A stretch of DNA of 64,000 nucleotides, from NCBI GenBank assembly GCA_965213705.1, contig OZ243913.1:2912001-2976000 (forward strand). Reading direction: 5' to 3'. The translations under genes and the position numbers were made by a program. Shown here in pieces: positions 11,056 to 20,344 of the stretch (position 1 is the stretch's first letter; each line of letters opens with the position of its first letter). This DNA is from Trueperaceae bacterium (GTDB lineage: Bacteria > Deinococcota > Deinococci > Deinococcales > Trueperaceae). Below the pieces are notes generated by a model that worked only from the letters and a program-made list of their open reading frames with translations, had not been told where the DNA came from and ran no database searches.

Positions 11056-12494
11056 TGGAGGTCGCCCTCGGGCTCGACCTGGGCACGAGCGGGGTGCGGG
11101 TGCTGGCGGTGGATGCAGAGGGTAAAGTCGTCGCGGAGACGAACAGAAGTTATCCACTGCTGACACCGCAACCGGGTTGGACGGAACAGCGCCCGAGCGA
11201 CTGGTCGCGGGAAACGTTGGCGGCCTTAAAGGAAATGGGAGAGGAAGTCTCGAGCCACAAGATTCTCGGCCTCGGCTTGTCCGGGCAGATGCACGGGATG
11301 GTGCCGCTGGACGTGCAGGGCGAGCCGGTGCGGAACGCGCTGCTGTGGAACGACCAGCGCACGGCTCGAGCCGTTCAGGAGATGCTCGAGCGCGTGCCGC
11401 TCGAGACCTTTATAGGGCGCACCGGCAACCCGCCGATTACCGGCTTTCAAGCGCCCAAACTCGTGTGGCTGCGGAACGAGGAACCGGACAACTTCGCCAA
11501 AACGAAGCACTCGCTGTTGCCCAAGGACTACCTCGGCTATGTCTTGACGGGTGAGATGCGCTCGGAACCCAGCGACAACTCGGGGACGAATGTTTTCAAC
11601 CTTAGAACCAAAACTTGGGACGAGGACATCTTAGCCGCTCTCGACCTCTCCCCCACCCTGTTCCCCGCCGTCATCGCCTCGCACGAGACGAGCGGGAAGC
11701 TCAGCAAAGAAATGGCCGAAGCGACCGGACTGCCGGAAGGCTTGCCGGTTATCGCGGGCGCGGGCGACAACGCGGCGGCGGCGACGGGGTTGGGGCTCTC
11801 GAGCCGCCGTCCGGAACGGGGCAGCGTGAGTTTGGGCACCTCGGGCGTCATTTTCGCGCCGCTGCGGGAGCCCAAACCCGACCCTGCGGGGCGCGTCCAC
11901 CTGTTCTGCCACGCCGACGGCGGCTACAACCTGCTTGGCGTGACGCTCGCCGCGGCGGGGAGTTTGCAGTGGTACCGGGACACGTTTGCACCTGAAATGT
12001 CCTTTGACGCTCTGGTCGAACTGGCGAACTCGAGCGCACCGGGCAGCGGCGGCGTCACCTTCAAACCTTACCTGGCGGGCGAGCGCACACCGCACCTGAA
12101 CCCCGCTTTGCGTGGCTCTTTCACGGGCTTGAGTCTGGCGACAAGTCAAGCCGATGTCGTTCGGTCTGTCCTCGAGGGCGTCGCCTTCAGTCTGCGCGAC
12201 GCCCTCGACGTCATTGAGCCTTTAGCAAAGTTGGAAAGCTGTCTGGTGACAGGCGGCGGCGCGAAGTCCGCGCTGTGGTTGCAGATGGTGTCCGACGTGT
12301 TGGAAATAAGGCTCGAGCGCCCCGCTCAGAATCAAGGTGCCGCCTACGGCGCGGCGCTCCTCGCGCTGCAGGGTGTCGGTGCGGTTGAAGACGCCACGCG
12401 CGTCGCCGAGCAGAGTGCTGTGGAGACCGTCACGCCCGGCCCCGCCGAACCCTACAAAGCCGCCCTGCGCGCTTATCGGGAAGTGCCCTTCTGA
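11055..12494 (+). CDS. xylB: Xylulokinase (FGGY family)
   Basis: GLDLGTSG, SGQMHG, LWNDQR, GDNAA, PYLAGERTP, GGGAKS; directly follows xylA. Confidence 0.94.
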   Translation: MEVALGLDLGTSGVRVLAVDAEGKVVAETNRSYPLLTPQPGWTEQRPSDWSRETLAALKEMGEEVSSHKILGLGLSGQMHGMVPLDVQGEPVRNALLWNDQRTARAVQEMLERVPLETFIGRTGNPPITGFQAPKLVWLRNEEPDNFAKTKHSLLPKDYLGYVLTGEMRSEPSDNSGTNVFNLRTKTWDEDILAALDLSPTLFPAVIASHETSGKLSKEMAEATGLPEGLPVIAGAGDNAAAATGLGLSSRRPERGSVSLGTSGVIFAPLREPKPDPAGRVHLFCHADGGYNLLGVTLAAAGSLQWYRDTFAPEMSFDALVELANSSAPGSGGVTFKPYLAGERTPHLNPALRGSFTGLSLATSQADVVRSVLEGVAFSLRDALDVIEPLAKLESCLVTGGGAKSALWLQMVSDVLEIRLERPAQNQGAAYGAALLALQGVGAVEDATRVAEQSAVETVTPGPAEPYKAALRAYREVPF

Positions 12495-12511
12495 AAGAGG
12501 GTTCGTCCTAA

Positions 12512-13396
12512 CTATCCCTCACTGAGAATTTCGTCGATGACGCGCCGGGCCTCGGCTGCTTTTGAGGGGTCGGTGTCGAGGTGTTCGGCGAGGGTAATCA
12601 GCGCTTTCCACAGCGCCCAGCCGCGGCCTCGAGCCCAGCTGTCATCGTCGGGCGCGAGCGTGGCGCGGAACGCTGCCCGGCTCTCGCCCGAGAAAAGCGT
12701 CCAAGCGACGCCCAAGTCGCAGGCGGGGTCGCCCACGCCCGCACAGCCGAAGTCGATGACGGCGCACAAGCGGCCGTGTTCGACCAGCAGGTTGCCCGCG
12801 GCGACGTCGCCGTGGAGCCAAACGGGTGAGCCGTGCCAGGTTGCCCCGAGGGCCGCTTCCCACACCGAGGTCGCGGCTGCGGCAGCGACCGCGCCGCCCA
12901 AGGCTGCGATTGCCTGCCGGGTTTCCGCGTCGTAAACCGTGAGCGGCCCCCCGCGAAAAAAGTTGTGCGGTCCTGGGGGCGGCCCGTCCGCCGCCTCGAT
13001 TTGTTGCAAGGCGGCGAGAAAGCGCGCCAGTGTAGACGCAAACTTGGGTAGGTTCGGGATGCGCTCGAGGGTCGCGTTCTCCCCCTCCAACCACCGGTAG
13101 ACCGACCACGGCCAGGGGTAGCCCTCGGCGGGCGTCCCCTGTGCGAGCGGGACGGGGATGGGCAGCGGGAGGAGCGGTGCCAAAACGGGCAACCAGCGCT
13201 GCTCCTTCGGGACTTGCGCGGCGTACGCCGCAGCGCTCGGCAACCGCACGGTCATACTCGTGCCGAGACGAAAAGTTCGGTTGTCCCAGCCGCCGGGTTC
13301 GACCGGGTTGACAGGCAAGTCGGCCCATTCTGGAAACTGCGCGGTGACCAGCCGACGCACGAGAGCGGCGTTGATAATAACTGGCGTAACGAACAT
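12512..13396 (-). CDS. Aminoglycoside phosphotransferase (APH)-family kinase
   Basis: GWDNRTFRLG, KEQRWLP, WLHGDxxxGN, VIDFG, GDPACDL; start placed at ATG 13396 (ORF track starts 13429). Confidence 0.88.
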   Translation of the reverse strand: MFVTPVIINAALVRRLVTAQFPEWADLPVNPVEPGGWDNRTFRLGTSMTVRLPSAAAYAAQVPKEQRWLPVLAPLLPLPIPVPLAQGTPAEGYPWPWSVYRWLEGENATLERIPNLPKFASTLARFLAALQQIEAADGPPPGPHNFFRGGPLTVYDAETRQAIAALGGAVAAAAATSVWEAALGATWHGSPVWLHGDVAAGNLLVEHGRLCAVIDFGCAGVGDPACDLGVAWTLFSGESRAAFRATLAPDDDSWARGRGWALWKALITLAEHLDTDPSKAAEARRVIDEILSEG

Positions 13397-13481
13397 ATCA
13401 CCAAAGTGTACAAGCACCTGGTTTCTCAACTTGCGTGCAAAAGAGAGGGCAGTCTCTGTTACCCCAGCTACACATCCAAAG

Positions 13482-13512
13482 CTTGCACAGCGAAATAATT
13501 GCGAAGTGCAAG
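13482..13512. promoter_or_regulatory. Inverted repeat CTTGCAC-N17-GTGCAAG, candidate MarR operator
   Basis: Arms at 13482-13488 and 13506-13512, between the divergent APH and MarR genes. Confidence 0.45.
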
Positions 13513-13943
13513 TATTGCGTCACACACCTACACAGCGGTTTATGCACGGCTTTTGGGGCATTCGGCAGAAAGTGTTTCGTCACGTCAATCCCGTATTGCA
13601 GGAGAAACACCGGTTGGACATGCCGGAATACTTTTTGCTGCAGTACGTCTCGAGCAGCAACTTAGGCCCGAGCGAGATTGCCGAGGCGTTGCAGATGCCC
13701 GCCCATGCGATTTCCCGCAAGCTCGACAGTTTGGAGCGGGGCGGCTTTTTGGAGCGCACGCTCGACCCGAACGACGCGCGTAAGCGCGTGCTGACCATTA
13801 CCGCAAAGGGGAAAAGGATGTTGCAAAAAGCCAGTGAAACAATAAACGAAGAAGTCGAAAGCCTGCTGTCCGCCCTCGAGCCAGAAGCGCTCGAGCAGTT
13901 TCTCACCTCACTGGAAGCCCTATCCACCTCGGAGACTTTATAA
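13506..13943 (+). CDS. MarR family transcriptional regulator (start uncertain: 13506 or 13542)
   Basis: PSEIAEAL..ISRKLDSLERGGFLER..DARKRVLTIT.KG winged helix. Confidence 0.9.
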   Translation: MQVLRHTPTQRFMHGFWGIRQKVFRHVNPVLQEKHRLDMPEYFLLQYVSSSNLGPSEIAEALQMPAHAISRKLDSLERGGFLERTLDPNDARKRVLTITAKGKRMLQKASETINEEVESLLSALEPEALEQFLTSLEALSTSETL

Positions 13944-13956
13944 ACATGGAGACCGT

Positions 13957-15975
13957 ATGAACTTATCCGCCAGGGACAGAAATTTTACGCTTATCGGTAT
14001 TTTGCTCGCACTGTTTTTAGGCGCGCTCGACCAAACCATCGTGTCGACCGCGTTGCCCAAAATCGTCGAGGACTTACAGGGCTTGCAGCGTTACGACTGG
14101 GTTGCAACCTCTTACCTGCTCGCCTCGACCGTACTGGTGCCTATTTACGGAAAACTCGCCGACATGTACAGCCGCAAAACCATCGAGCTGTGGGCCATCG
14201 GCGTGTTTTTGCTGGGGTCGTTTTTGTGCGGGCTGGCGGGCGAGTTCGGCTCGCTGCCGCTCTTAGGCGACGGCATGAACCAGCTCATCGCCTTTCGCGC
14301 CGTTCAGGGGTTGGGCGGCGCGGGGCTGTTCGCGATGGCCTTCATCATCATCGCCGACCTGTATCCCCCGGCCGAGCGCGGCAAGTACCAGGGCTTCGTG
14401 GGTGCGGCCTTCGGCATCGCCAGCGTGCTCGGGCCGGTTATCGGCGGCTTTTTGACCGATCACGGCAGCGGAATTATCCCCGGCATCGCGGGGTGGCGGT
14501 GGGTGTTTTACGTGAACGTGCCCTTCGGCGCGCTGGCGCTGTGGTTCATCATCACCCGGATGCCGAAGCTCGAGCCCACAGGCGAAAAGCAGGGTATCAG
14601 CTACTTGTCGGCGCTGCTGCTCGTCGGCGGGCTCGTCCCGCTCGTGCTGGCGCTGCGCTTGGACAAAAACCAGTATCCCTGGGGTTCGCCCACCACGCTT
14701 ATCTTGTTCGCGGTGGCGGCGGTCGTGATAACGCTGTTCGTGATTCGTTCGCTGCGCTCGAAGCGGCCCATCCTCGACCTCAGGTTGTTTAAGAACAAGG
14801 TGTTTTTGACGTCCAACCTGGCGCTGTTCTTTTTGGGCGCGGCCTTTTTGTCGACGCTCGTCTTTTTGCCCCTGTTTATGGTGACGGTTGTCGGCGTGTC
14901 GGCGACGAGCGCGGGCGTCAGCCTCATCCCGCTGTCGCTCGGACTGGTCTTCGGCTCGGTGGTGTCGGGACAACTCGTGTCGCGCTACGGGCACTACCGC
15001 ATGTTCATGTTGGGCGGGCTGGTGATTTTGTTCGGCGGGGTCGTGTTGCTGTCACGCTTGACCGTCGACGCGACCTTCTGGCAAGTGGCGGCTTACATGG
15101 TCGTGGTGGGTTTGGGGCTGGGGCCGTCGTTCCCGCTTTACACGTTGGCCGTGCAAAACGCGGTCGAGCCGCGCAAAATCGGGCAGGCGACGAGTGCGGT
15201 GCAGTTTTTCCGGCAAATCGGGCAGGTTATCGGCGTCGCCATCATGGGCACCGTCTTCTCGACGACGCTGACCCACAACATCCAACAAAACACCGCACAG
15301 TTCGCGTCGCTCGCCCCGGCGGGCCAAACCTCGTTCAGCGCCGAGGGCGGGGGCGGCGCGATAGACACGGCGACCATCACCGCCAACATCAAGCAGTCGT
15401 TCGAGGCGCAGTACACGCTCTACGAAGACGCGCTCATCAACAGAAATCCTCAAGCGGTTCAAGCGGTGCTCGCCGACCCGAACGTGCCCGAACAGTACAA
15501 AGCGCCGCTCCAAACCACGGGTGCAGCTACGCCCGCGACTGCACCGGGCGTTGATTTTGAGGCTATTGCGGCGGCGGTCAACGCGGGCGACGCCGACGCG
15601 CTGACAGCGGGGCTCGCCGGTACGCCCATCCCGGCGTTCGCGCAAACCCAAATCGTCCAGGCGGTCCAGGACCCGGCGCAGCGAGAGGGTGTGCTCGAGC
15701 GTCTGCGAACCCAACTGGGTGCCGCAACCGCGGCAGGTGCGCCCCAAAACGACGACGAACTGCTCACGGGTTACAAAGCGCAACTCGACGGGCTCTCCAC
15801 CACCGTCGCCGCGCAGGTCGGCGACGCCATCCGCCAAAGTTTTACGGCGGCGGTGACGCGGATTTTCTTCTACTCGCTGTTCGTCATCGTGGCGGGCTGG
15901 CTAATCACTTTTTTCATTCCCGAGTTGCCGCTGCGCAAAACCTTCGACAACCCGGCTCCGGCGATGGCCGACTAG
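13957..15975 (+). CDS. DHA2 (14-TMS) MFS multidrug efflux transporter with a long insertion before the last TM helix
   Basis: LDQTIVSTALP, GKLADMYSRK, FRAVQGLGG, WRWVFYVNVP motifs; Ala/Gln-rich soluble segment near the C-terminus. Confidence 0.93.
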   Translation: MNLSARDRNFTLIGILLALFLGALDQTIVSTALPKIVEDLQGLQRYDWVATSYLLASTVLVPIYGKLADMYSRKTIELWAIGVFLLGSFLCGLAGEFGSLPLLGDGMNQLIAFRAVQGLGGAGLFAMAFIIIADLYPPAERGKYQGFVGAAFGIASVLGPVIGGFLTDHGSGIIPGIAGWRWVFYVNVPFGALALWFIITRMPKLEPTGEKQGISYLSALLLVGGLVPLVLALRLDKNQYPWGSPTTLILFAVAAVVITLFVIRSLRSKRPILDLRLFKNKVFLTSNLALFFLGAAFLSTLVFLPLFMVTVVGVSATSAGVSLIPLSLGLVFGSVVSGQLVSRYGHYRMFMLGGLVILFGGVVLLSRLTVDATFWQVAAYMVVVGLGLGPSFPLYTLAVQNAVEPRKIGQATSAVQFFRQIGQVIGVAIMGTVFSTTLTHNIQQNTAQFASLAPAGQTSFSAEGGGGAIDTATITANIKQSFEAQYTLYEDALINRNPQAVQAVLADPNVPEQYKAPLQTTGAATPATAPGVDFEAIAAAVNAGDADALTAGLAGTPIPAFAQTQIVQAVQDPAQREGVLERLRTQLGAATAAGAPQNDDELLTGYKAQLDGLSTTVAAQVGDAIRQSFTAAVTRIFFYSLFVIVAGWLITFFIPELPLRKTFDNPAPAMAD

Positions 15976-15986
15976 ACGGGCTTGTT

Positions 15987-16062
15987 GCGTTTTTGGCTGT
16001 ATTTTTTGGCTGTGTCTTTCGGCTGTGTTTCTCAGCTGTGTCTTTTGGCTGCGTCTTTGGGT
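15987..16062. repeat. About six degenerate tandem 12-13-nt units (GTGTYTTTTGGCT-like)
   Basis: gcgtttttggct gtattttttggct gtgtctttcggct gtgtttctcagct gtgtcttttggct gcgtctttgggt. Confidence 0.75.
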
Positions 16063-16109
16063 CACGCCGCTCGGCCCGACTCTTACCGCGACCTCAGGAC
16101 CCGACCTTT

Positions 16110-16165
16110 GCCACCGTACCCTCGTCACTGTACCCTTACCATCGTACCCTTGTTACCGTACCCTT
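16110..16165. repeat. Four tandem 14-nt units (..YGTACCCTY)
   Basis: gccaccgtaccctc gtcactgtaccctt accatcgtaccctt gttaccgtaccctt. Confidence 0.8.
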
Positions 16166-16228
16166 GACCCGACCCTGCAGAGACTGCGCCGCTCGAGACA
16201 AAACGCTCGAGCGGCGCGTGCTATTCTA

Positions 16229-17587
16229 ATGAACGTTATGACAACAACTTTGCGGGCGCTGTCCGCTCTAGGTACGGCTGTAGCCACGACTGTCGTCGGC
16301 GCGCTTTTTCTGGGCGCGGCGTGGGCGCAGAACGTGACCCAGGAGGTCTGGGTTATCCCCATCGAAACGCAGATAACCGCAGCCACCGCCCAATTTGTAA
16401 AGACACGTGTCGAGTTGGCGAACGAAGCGCAGCCCCTGGCGCTCGTCTTTTACCTCGACACGCCGGGGGGGGCCTTAAACGCGATGCTGGACATTGCCGA
16501 CACGATTTTGCAGCGGGTCAACGTGCCCACCATCGCGGTGGTCGAAAACGCTTTCAGCGCGGGGGCGCTCATTGCCATGAGCGCCGAGCAACTCGTTATG
16601 CTGCCGGGCTCGTCTATAGGCGCAGCTACCGCCATCAACGGCATCACCGGCGAGCAGGCGAGCGAAAAAATCAACTCGGCGGTGCGCGAAAAGTTCCGCT
16701 CGGTCGCCGAAGCGCGGGGCCGCAACGCCGAGGTCGCCGAGGGAATGGTCTCCGAGCGCGTCGAGGTGCCGGGACTGTCCACCGACACCGAACTCATCAC
16801 CTTGTCGGCCGCGGGCGCGGTTCAGTACGGCGTTGCCGACCTGCAAGCGCAGAACCTGAACGACGCCCTAGAGCAGCTCGGTTACGGCGGCGTGGAAACC
16901 ACACGTTTGGAACCCAACTTCGCCGAACGCATCGGCACCTCGCTCGGCAACCCTTTGATAGCGGCGGCGCTGCTGGTCGTCGGTTTGGGCGGAATACTTA
17001 TCGAGGTGTTTACGCCCGGCTTCGGAATTCCGGGGATTTTAGGACTGTTGGCGCTCGTCGTGTTCGGGATGGGCGCGTTCGTGGCGACGCCCGCGGGCGG
17101 CATAGACCTGGCGCTGATTTTCGGCGGGGTGTTGCTGCTGCTGCTCGAGGCTTTGGTCATTCCCGGCTTCGGGGTGGCGGGGATTTTGGGGCTGGCGGCC
17201 ATCCTCATCGCCATCGTGCGGATTTTTCCGAATCCCGCGCAGCTCGCTTCGGTACTGAGCTACACGGCGATTTTCGGCGCGGTGCTGGTCGCGGCCTTTT
17301 TCTGGCTGCTGCCGAACTCGCGCTTTACCCGCATTTTTGCGCTGTCCACCCGCCTCGACAACGAACCCGGCACCGACCCCGAGCGGGCGCGACTCGTCGC
17401 CAGTTACGACTACCTCAGGGGACAGCAAGGCGTGGCGACGACCGACTTGCGCCCGGCCGGGGTGGCCCAGCTCGGCGGGGAGCGTATCGACGTGGTCACC
17501 GAAGGCAGCTACGTCTCCAACGGCAGCCCTATCGAGGTGCTGCGCGTCGAGGGCACCCGTGTGGTGGTGCGCGCCGTCGAAGTTTGA
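16229..17587 (+). CDS. nfeD: NfeD family membrane-bound serine protease (YqeZ-like)
   Basis: LDTPGG, AFSAGALI, SIGAA ClpP-like domain, TM bundle, C-terminal OB fold TDLRPAG..IDVVTEG; start ATG 16229 or 16238. Confidence 0.9.
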   Translation: MNVMTTTLRALSALGTAVATTVVGALFLGAAWAQNVTQEVWVIPIETQITAATAQFVKTRVELANEAQPLALVFYLDTPGGALNAMLDIADTILQRVNVPTIAVVENAFSAGALIAMSAEQLVMLPGSSIGAATAINGITGEQASEKINSAVREKFRSVAEARGRNAEVAEGMVSERVEVPGLSTDTELITLSAAGAVQYGVADLQAQNLNDALEQLGYGGVETTRLEPNFAERIGTSLGNPLIAAALLVVGLGGILIEVFTPGFGIPGILGLLALVVFGMGAFVATPAGGIDLALIFGGVLLLLLEALVIPGFGVAGILGLAAILIAIVRIFPNPAQLASVLSYTAIFGAVLVAAFFWLLPNSRFTRIFALSTRLDNEPGTDPERARLVASYDYLRGQQGVATTDLRPAGVAQLGGERIDVVTEGSYVSNGSPIEVLRVEGTRVVVRAVEV

Positions 17588-17813
17588 AGCGACCTGAGAA
17601 CTGCGCGTTGTGCTGCGCACAAGGTCGTCCCGCCGGAGCGAGGTGAGACTGCCTGTAACCAAAGAACGATGAAAAACTGCCGTTCTCCCGCTTTTACCCA
17701 GCCTCTTCACCCGGTAACGCCTTTCAGCAACGACTTCATCCGGCAACAGCCTCACTCGGCACCAACCACTCAGCACCAAACAGCCTCCGAGCTGCAGCCC
17801 CTAAGGAGTACAC

Positions 17814-18788
17814 GTGGATTTTACGAGCATCATCATCGCCGCCGCCGTCATTGTTCTCTTGGTCATCTTTTTCTTTTTTATCCCTATCGGTTTGTGGATC
17901 AGTGCGCTAGCGGCGGGGGTCAAGGTCAGCATCACGAGTTTGGTCGGGATGCGCTTGCGCCGCGTAGCTCCGGCCCGAATCATCCTGCCGCTCATCAAGG
18001 CGGACAAGGCCGGGATTTTGGTCAACCAGAACCAGCTCGAGGCGCACTTTTTGGCGGGCGGCAACGTCGACCGGGTCGTCGACGCGCTCATCGCCGCCGA
18101 CAAGGCGCGCATCACCTTGCCCTTCGACCGTGCCGCAGCCATCGACCTAGCCGGGCGCAACGTGCTCGACGCGGTGAAAGTGTCGGTCAACCCGCGCGTG
18201 ATTCAGACCCCCAACGTGTCGGCGGTTGCCAAAGACGGCATCGAACTCATCTCGACGGCGCGGGTCACCGTGCGGGCGAACCTGGAACGCCTCGTCGGCG
18301 GGGCGGGCGAAGAAACCATCATCGCGCGGGTCGGCGAGGGCATTGTGTCCTCCATCGGCTCGACGGCGAGCCACAAACTGGTGCTCGAGAACCCCGACGT
18401 GATTTCCAAAACGGTGCTCGCCAAAGGCCTCGACTCGGGCACGGCCTTTGAGATTTTGTCCATCGACATCGCCGACATCAACGTTGGCAAAAACATCGGC
18501 GCAATCCTGCAGACCGACCAGGCCGAGGCCGACAAACAAGTCGCCCAGGCCAAGGCCGAGGAGCGCCGCGCAATGGCGGTCGCGGTCGAGCAGGAAAACC
18601 GCGCCAACGTCGAGGCGATGCGCGCCCGCGTGGTGGAGAGCGAGGCGCAGGTGCCCTTAGCCATCGCCGAGGCTTTTCGCAGCGGCAACCTGGGCGTGAT
18701 GGATTATTACAACATCCAAAACATTCAGTCCGACACCCAGATGCGTTCCAACATCGCCGGGGCGACCGAGCCGGACGACAAGAAGTGA
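17814..18788 (+). CDS. floA: Flotillin-like protein FloA (YqfA)
   Basis: [66 protein letters not shown]. Confidence 0.95.
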   Translation: MDFTSIIIAAAVIVLLVIFFFFIPIGLWISALAAGVKVSITSLVGMRLRRVAPARIILPLIKADKAGILVNQNQLEAHFLAGGNVDRVVDALIAADKARITLPFDRAAAIDLAGRNVLDAVKVSVNPRVIQTPNVSAVAKDGIELISTARVTVRANLERLVGGAGEETIIARVGEGIVSSIGSTASHKLVLENPDVISKTVLAKGLDSGTAFEILSIDIADINVGKNIGAILQTDQAEADKQVAQAKAEERRAMAVAVEQENRANVEAMRARVVESEAQVPLAIAEAFRSGNLGVMDYYNIQNIQSDTQMRSNIAGATEPDDKK

Positions 18789-18809
18789 GCGCTAAGGAGT
18801 GAGCGCCAA

Positions 18810-19436
18810 GTGAGTTTAGACGACCTGTTCAGCTTGCTGCTGTTCGCCTTGTTTATCGGCGCGCCGCTGCTGAGCCGCTTTTTGCGGCGCGGCGGGCCGG
18901 GGCCGCAACGGCCGACCGGCAAAGCGCCGTCGACGCGACCCGGCTTGCCCAAAACACCGCCGACTCAAACGCCTCAAAAGCGAGACGCGACCAAAAGCGC
19001 TGCCGAAACCGCCGTCGACGACATCGGGGAGCGGCTCGAGCAAGCACGCCGCCGCGTGCGCGAGGCGGTCGAGGGGCAAACGGCGAGGGTGGACACGCGC
19101 CCCCAAAGCCCTGCTCGCGGCGCGACCCAAGACCCAACCGGCTTGGAGAGCGCGGGCGACATGTTCCGGCAACCCTCGCCCGAACGCCCGTCCGCAACGG
19201 CGCAGACGCGGCAAACGCCCTCGGTTTTGACAACCGACCTCTCTTCCCGGCGCTCGAAACGCACCACGACGCGACCCTTGCAGGTCGAACGTTCACTGAC
19301 CGGAAAACGCGCTAAACTGGGCTCCGCAACGCCCGAGTTCAGCCGCAAAGACATCTTGCGCGGCATCATGTGGCAGCAAATTTTAGACGCGCCCAAAAGC
19401 AAACGGCCCTGGAGGAACCCATCGCAACGTCCGTAA
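18810..19436 (+). CDS. Hypothetical membrane-anchored protein (YqfB-like position)
   Basis: N-terminal TM helix, Pro/Arg-rich body, C-terminal LRGIMWQQILDAPKS motif; follows floA. Confidence 0.65.
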   Translation: MSLDDLFSLLLFALFIGAPLLSRFLRRGGPGPQRPTGKAPSTRPGLPKTPPTQTPQKRDATKSAAETAVDDIGERLEQARRRVREAVEGQTARVDTRPQSPARGATQDPTGLESAGDMFRQPSPERPSATAQTRQTPSVLTTDLSSRRSKRTTTRPLQVERSLTGKRAKLGSATPEFSRKDILRGIMWQQILDAPKSKRPWRNPSQRP

Positions 19437-20344
19437 CCCTCAAACTGCGCAGCCCCGCCGAGGCGGTTCAGCTGTTCGGACAAAACGACGAACACCTCAA
19501 ACTTTTACGCTCCAAACTGCAAGCCAAGGTCGTTGCCAGGGGCGACGAGTTGCGCTTGAGCGGTCAACCCGGCGCGGTCGCCGAAGCCGAGAAGACTTTC
19601 AAGGGCTTGCTCGCGAGCATCCGCCGCGGCGAAGCCTTGAGCGTAACCGAGTTGGAACACGCGCCCGCCAGCGACTTGGGCAGCGCCCCCGCAGCCGGCG
19701 GCCCGAACCTGCCGACCCGGGCCAAACCCAAAACCGCCGGACAGCGCCGCTACGTGGACGCTATTGGGCGCAGCCCCATCACCTTCGGCATCGGCCCGGC
19801 GGGCACGGGCAAGACGTACTTGGCGGTGGCGATGGCGGTTTTGGCGTTAAAAGACAAACACGTCAAGCGCATTATCCTGACCCGGCCCGCGGTCGAGGCG
19901 GGCGAACGCCTGGGCTTTTTGCCAGGCGACTTGCAAGCCAAAATCGACCCCTACTTGCGGCCTCTCTACGACGCGCTCTACGACATGCTCGAGGGTGAGC
20001 GCATCGACCAGTATTTAGAGAACGGTATCATTGAGGTCGCGCCGCTGGCGTTTATGCGGGGCCGCACCCTCAACGACGCTTTTATCATCCTGGACGAGGC
20101 CCAAAACACCACGCCCGAACAGATGAAGATGTTCTTGACGCGTATGGGGTTCAACAGCAAAGTGGTCGTGACCGGTGACGTGACCCAGGTCGACCTGCCG
20201 ACAAACGTCAAGAGCGGCCTGAGCGAGGCCGAGCGGATGCTCAAAGACATCGACGGCATCAGCTTTTTGTTTTTTTCCGAAGGCGACGTGGTGCGGCATC
20301 CCCTCGTGGCGCGGATTATCAGGGCGTATGACCAAGCGAGCTAA
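19421..20344 (+). CDS. phoH: PhoH family ATPase (start uncertain: ATC 19421 or GTG 19370)
   Basis: [45 protein letters not shown]. Confidence 0.95.
   Translation: MATSVTLKLRSPAEAVQLFGQNDEHLKLLRSKLQAKVVARGDELRLSGQPGAVAEAEKTFKGLLASIRRGEALSVTELEHAPASDLGSAPAAGGPNLPTRAKPKTAGQRRYVDAIGRSPITFGIGPAGTGKTYLAVAMAVLALKDKHVKRIILTRPAVEAGERLGFLPGDLQAKIDPYLRPLYDALYDMLEGERIDQYLENGIIEVAPLAFMRGRTLNDAFIILDEAQNTTPEQMKMFLTRMGFNSKVVVTGDVTQVDLPTNVKSGLSEAERMLKDIDGISFLFFSEGDVVRHPLVARIIRAYDQAS

Noticed and set aside
12512..13396. Acquired aminoglycoside resistance gene (likewise TmrB-like 40979-41497)
   Set aside because: Only family-level motifs are visible; the substrate is unknown and there is no mobile context
15987..16165. 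Possible CRISPR array (also considered for 51599-51646)
   Set aside because: Units are 12-16 nt and directly adjacent with no unique spacers; no cas genes in the window
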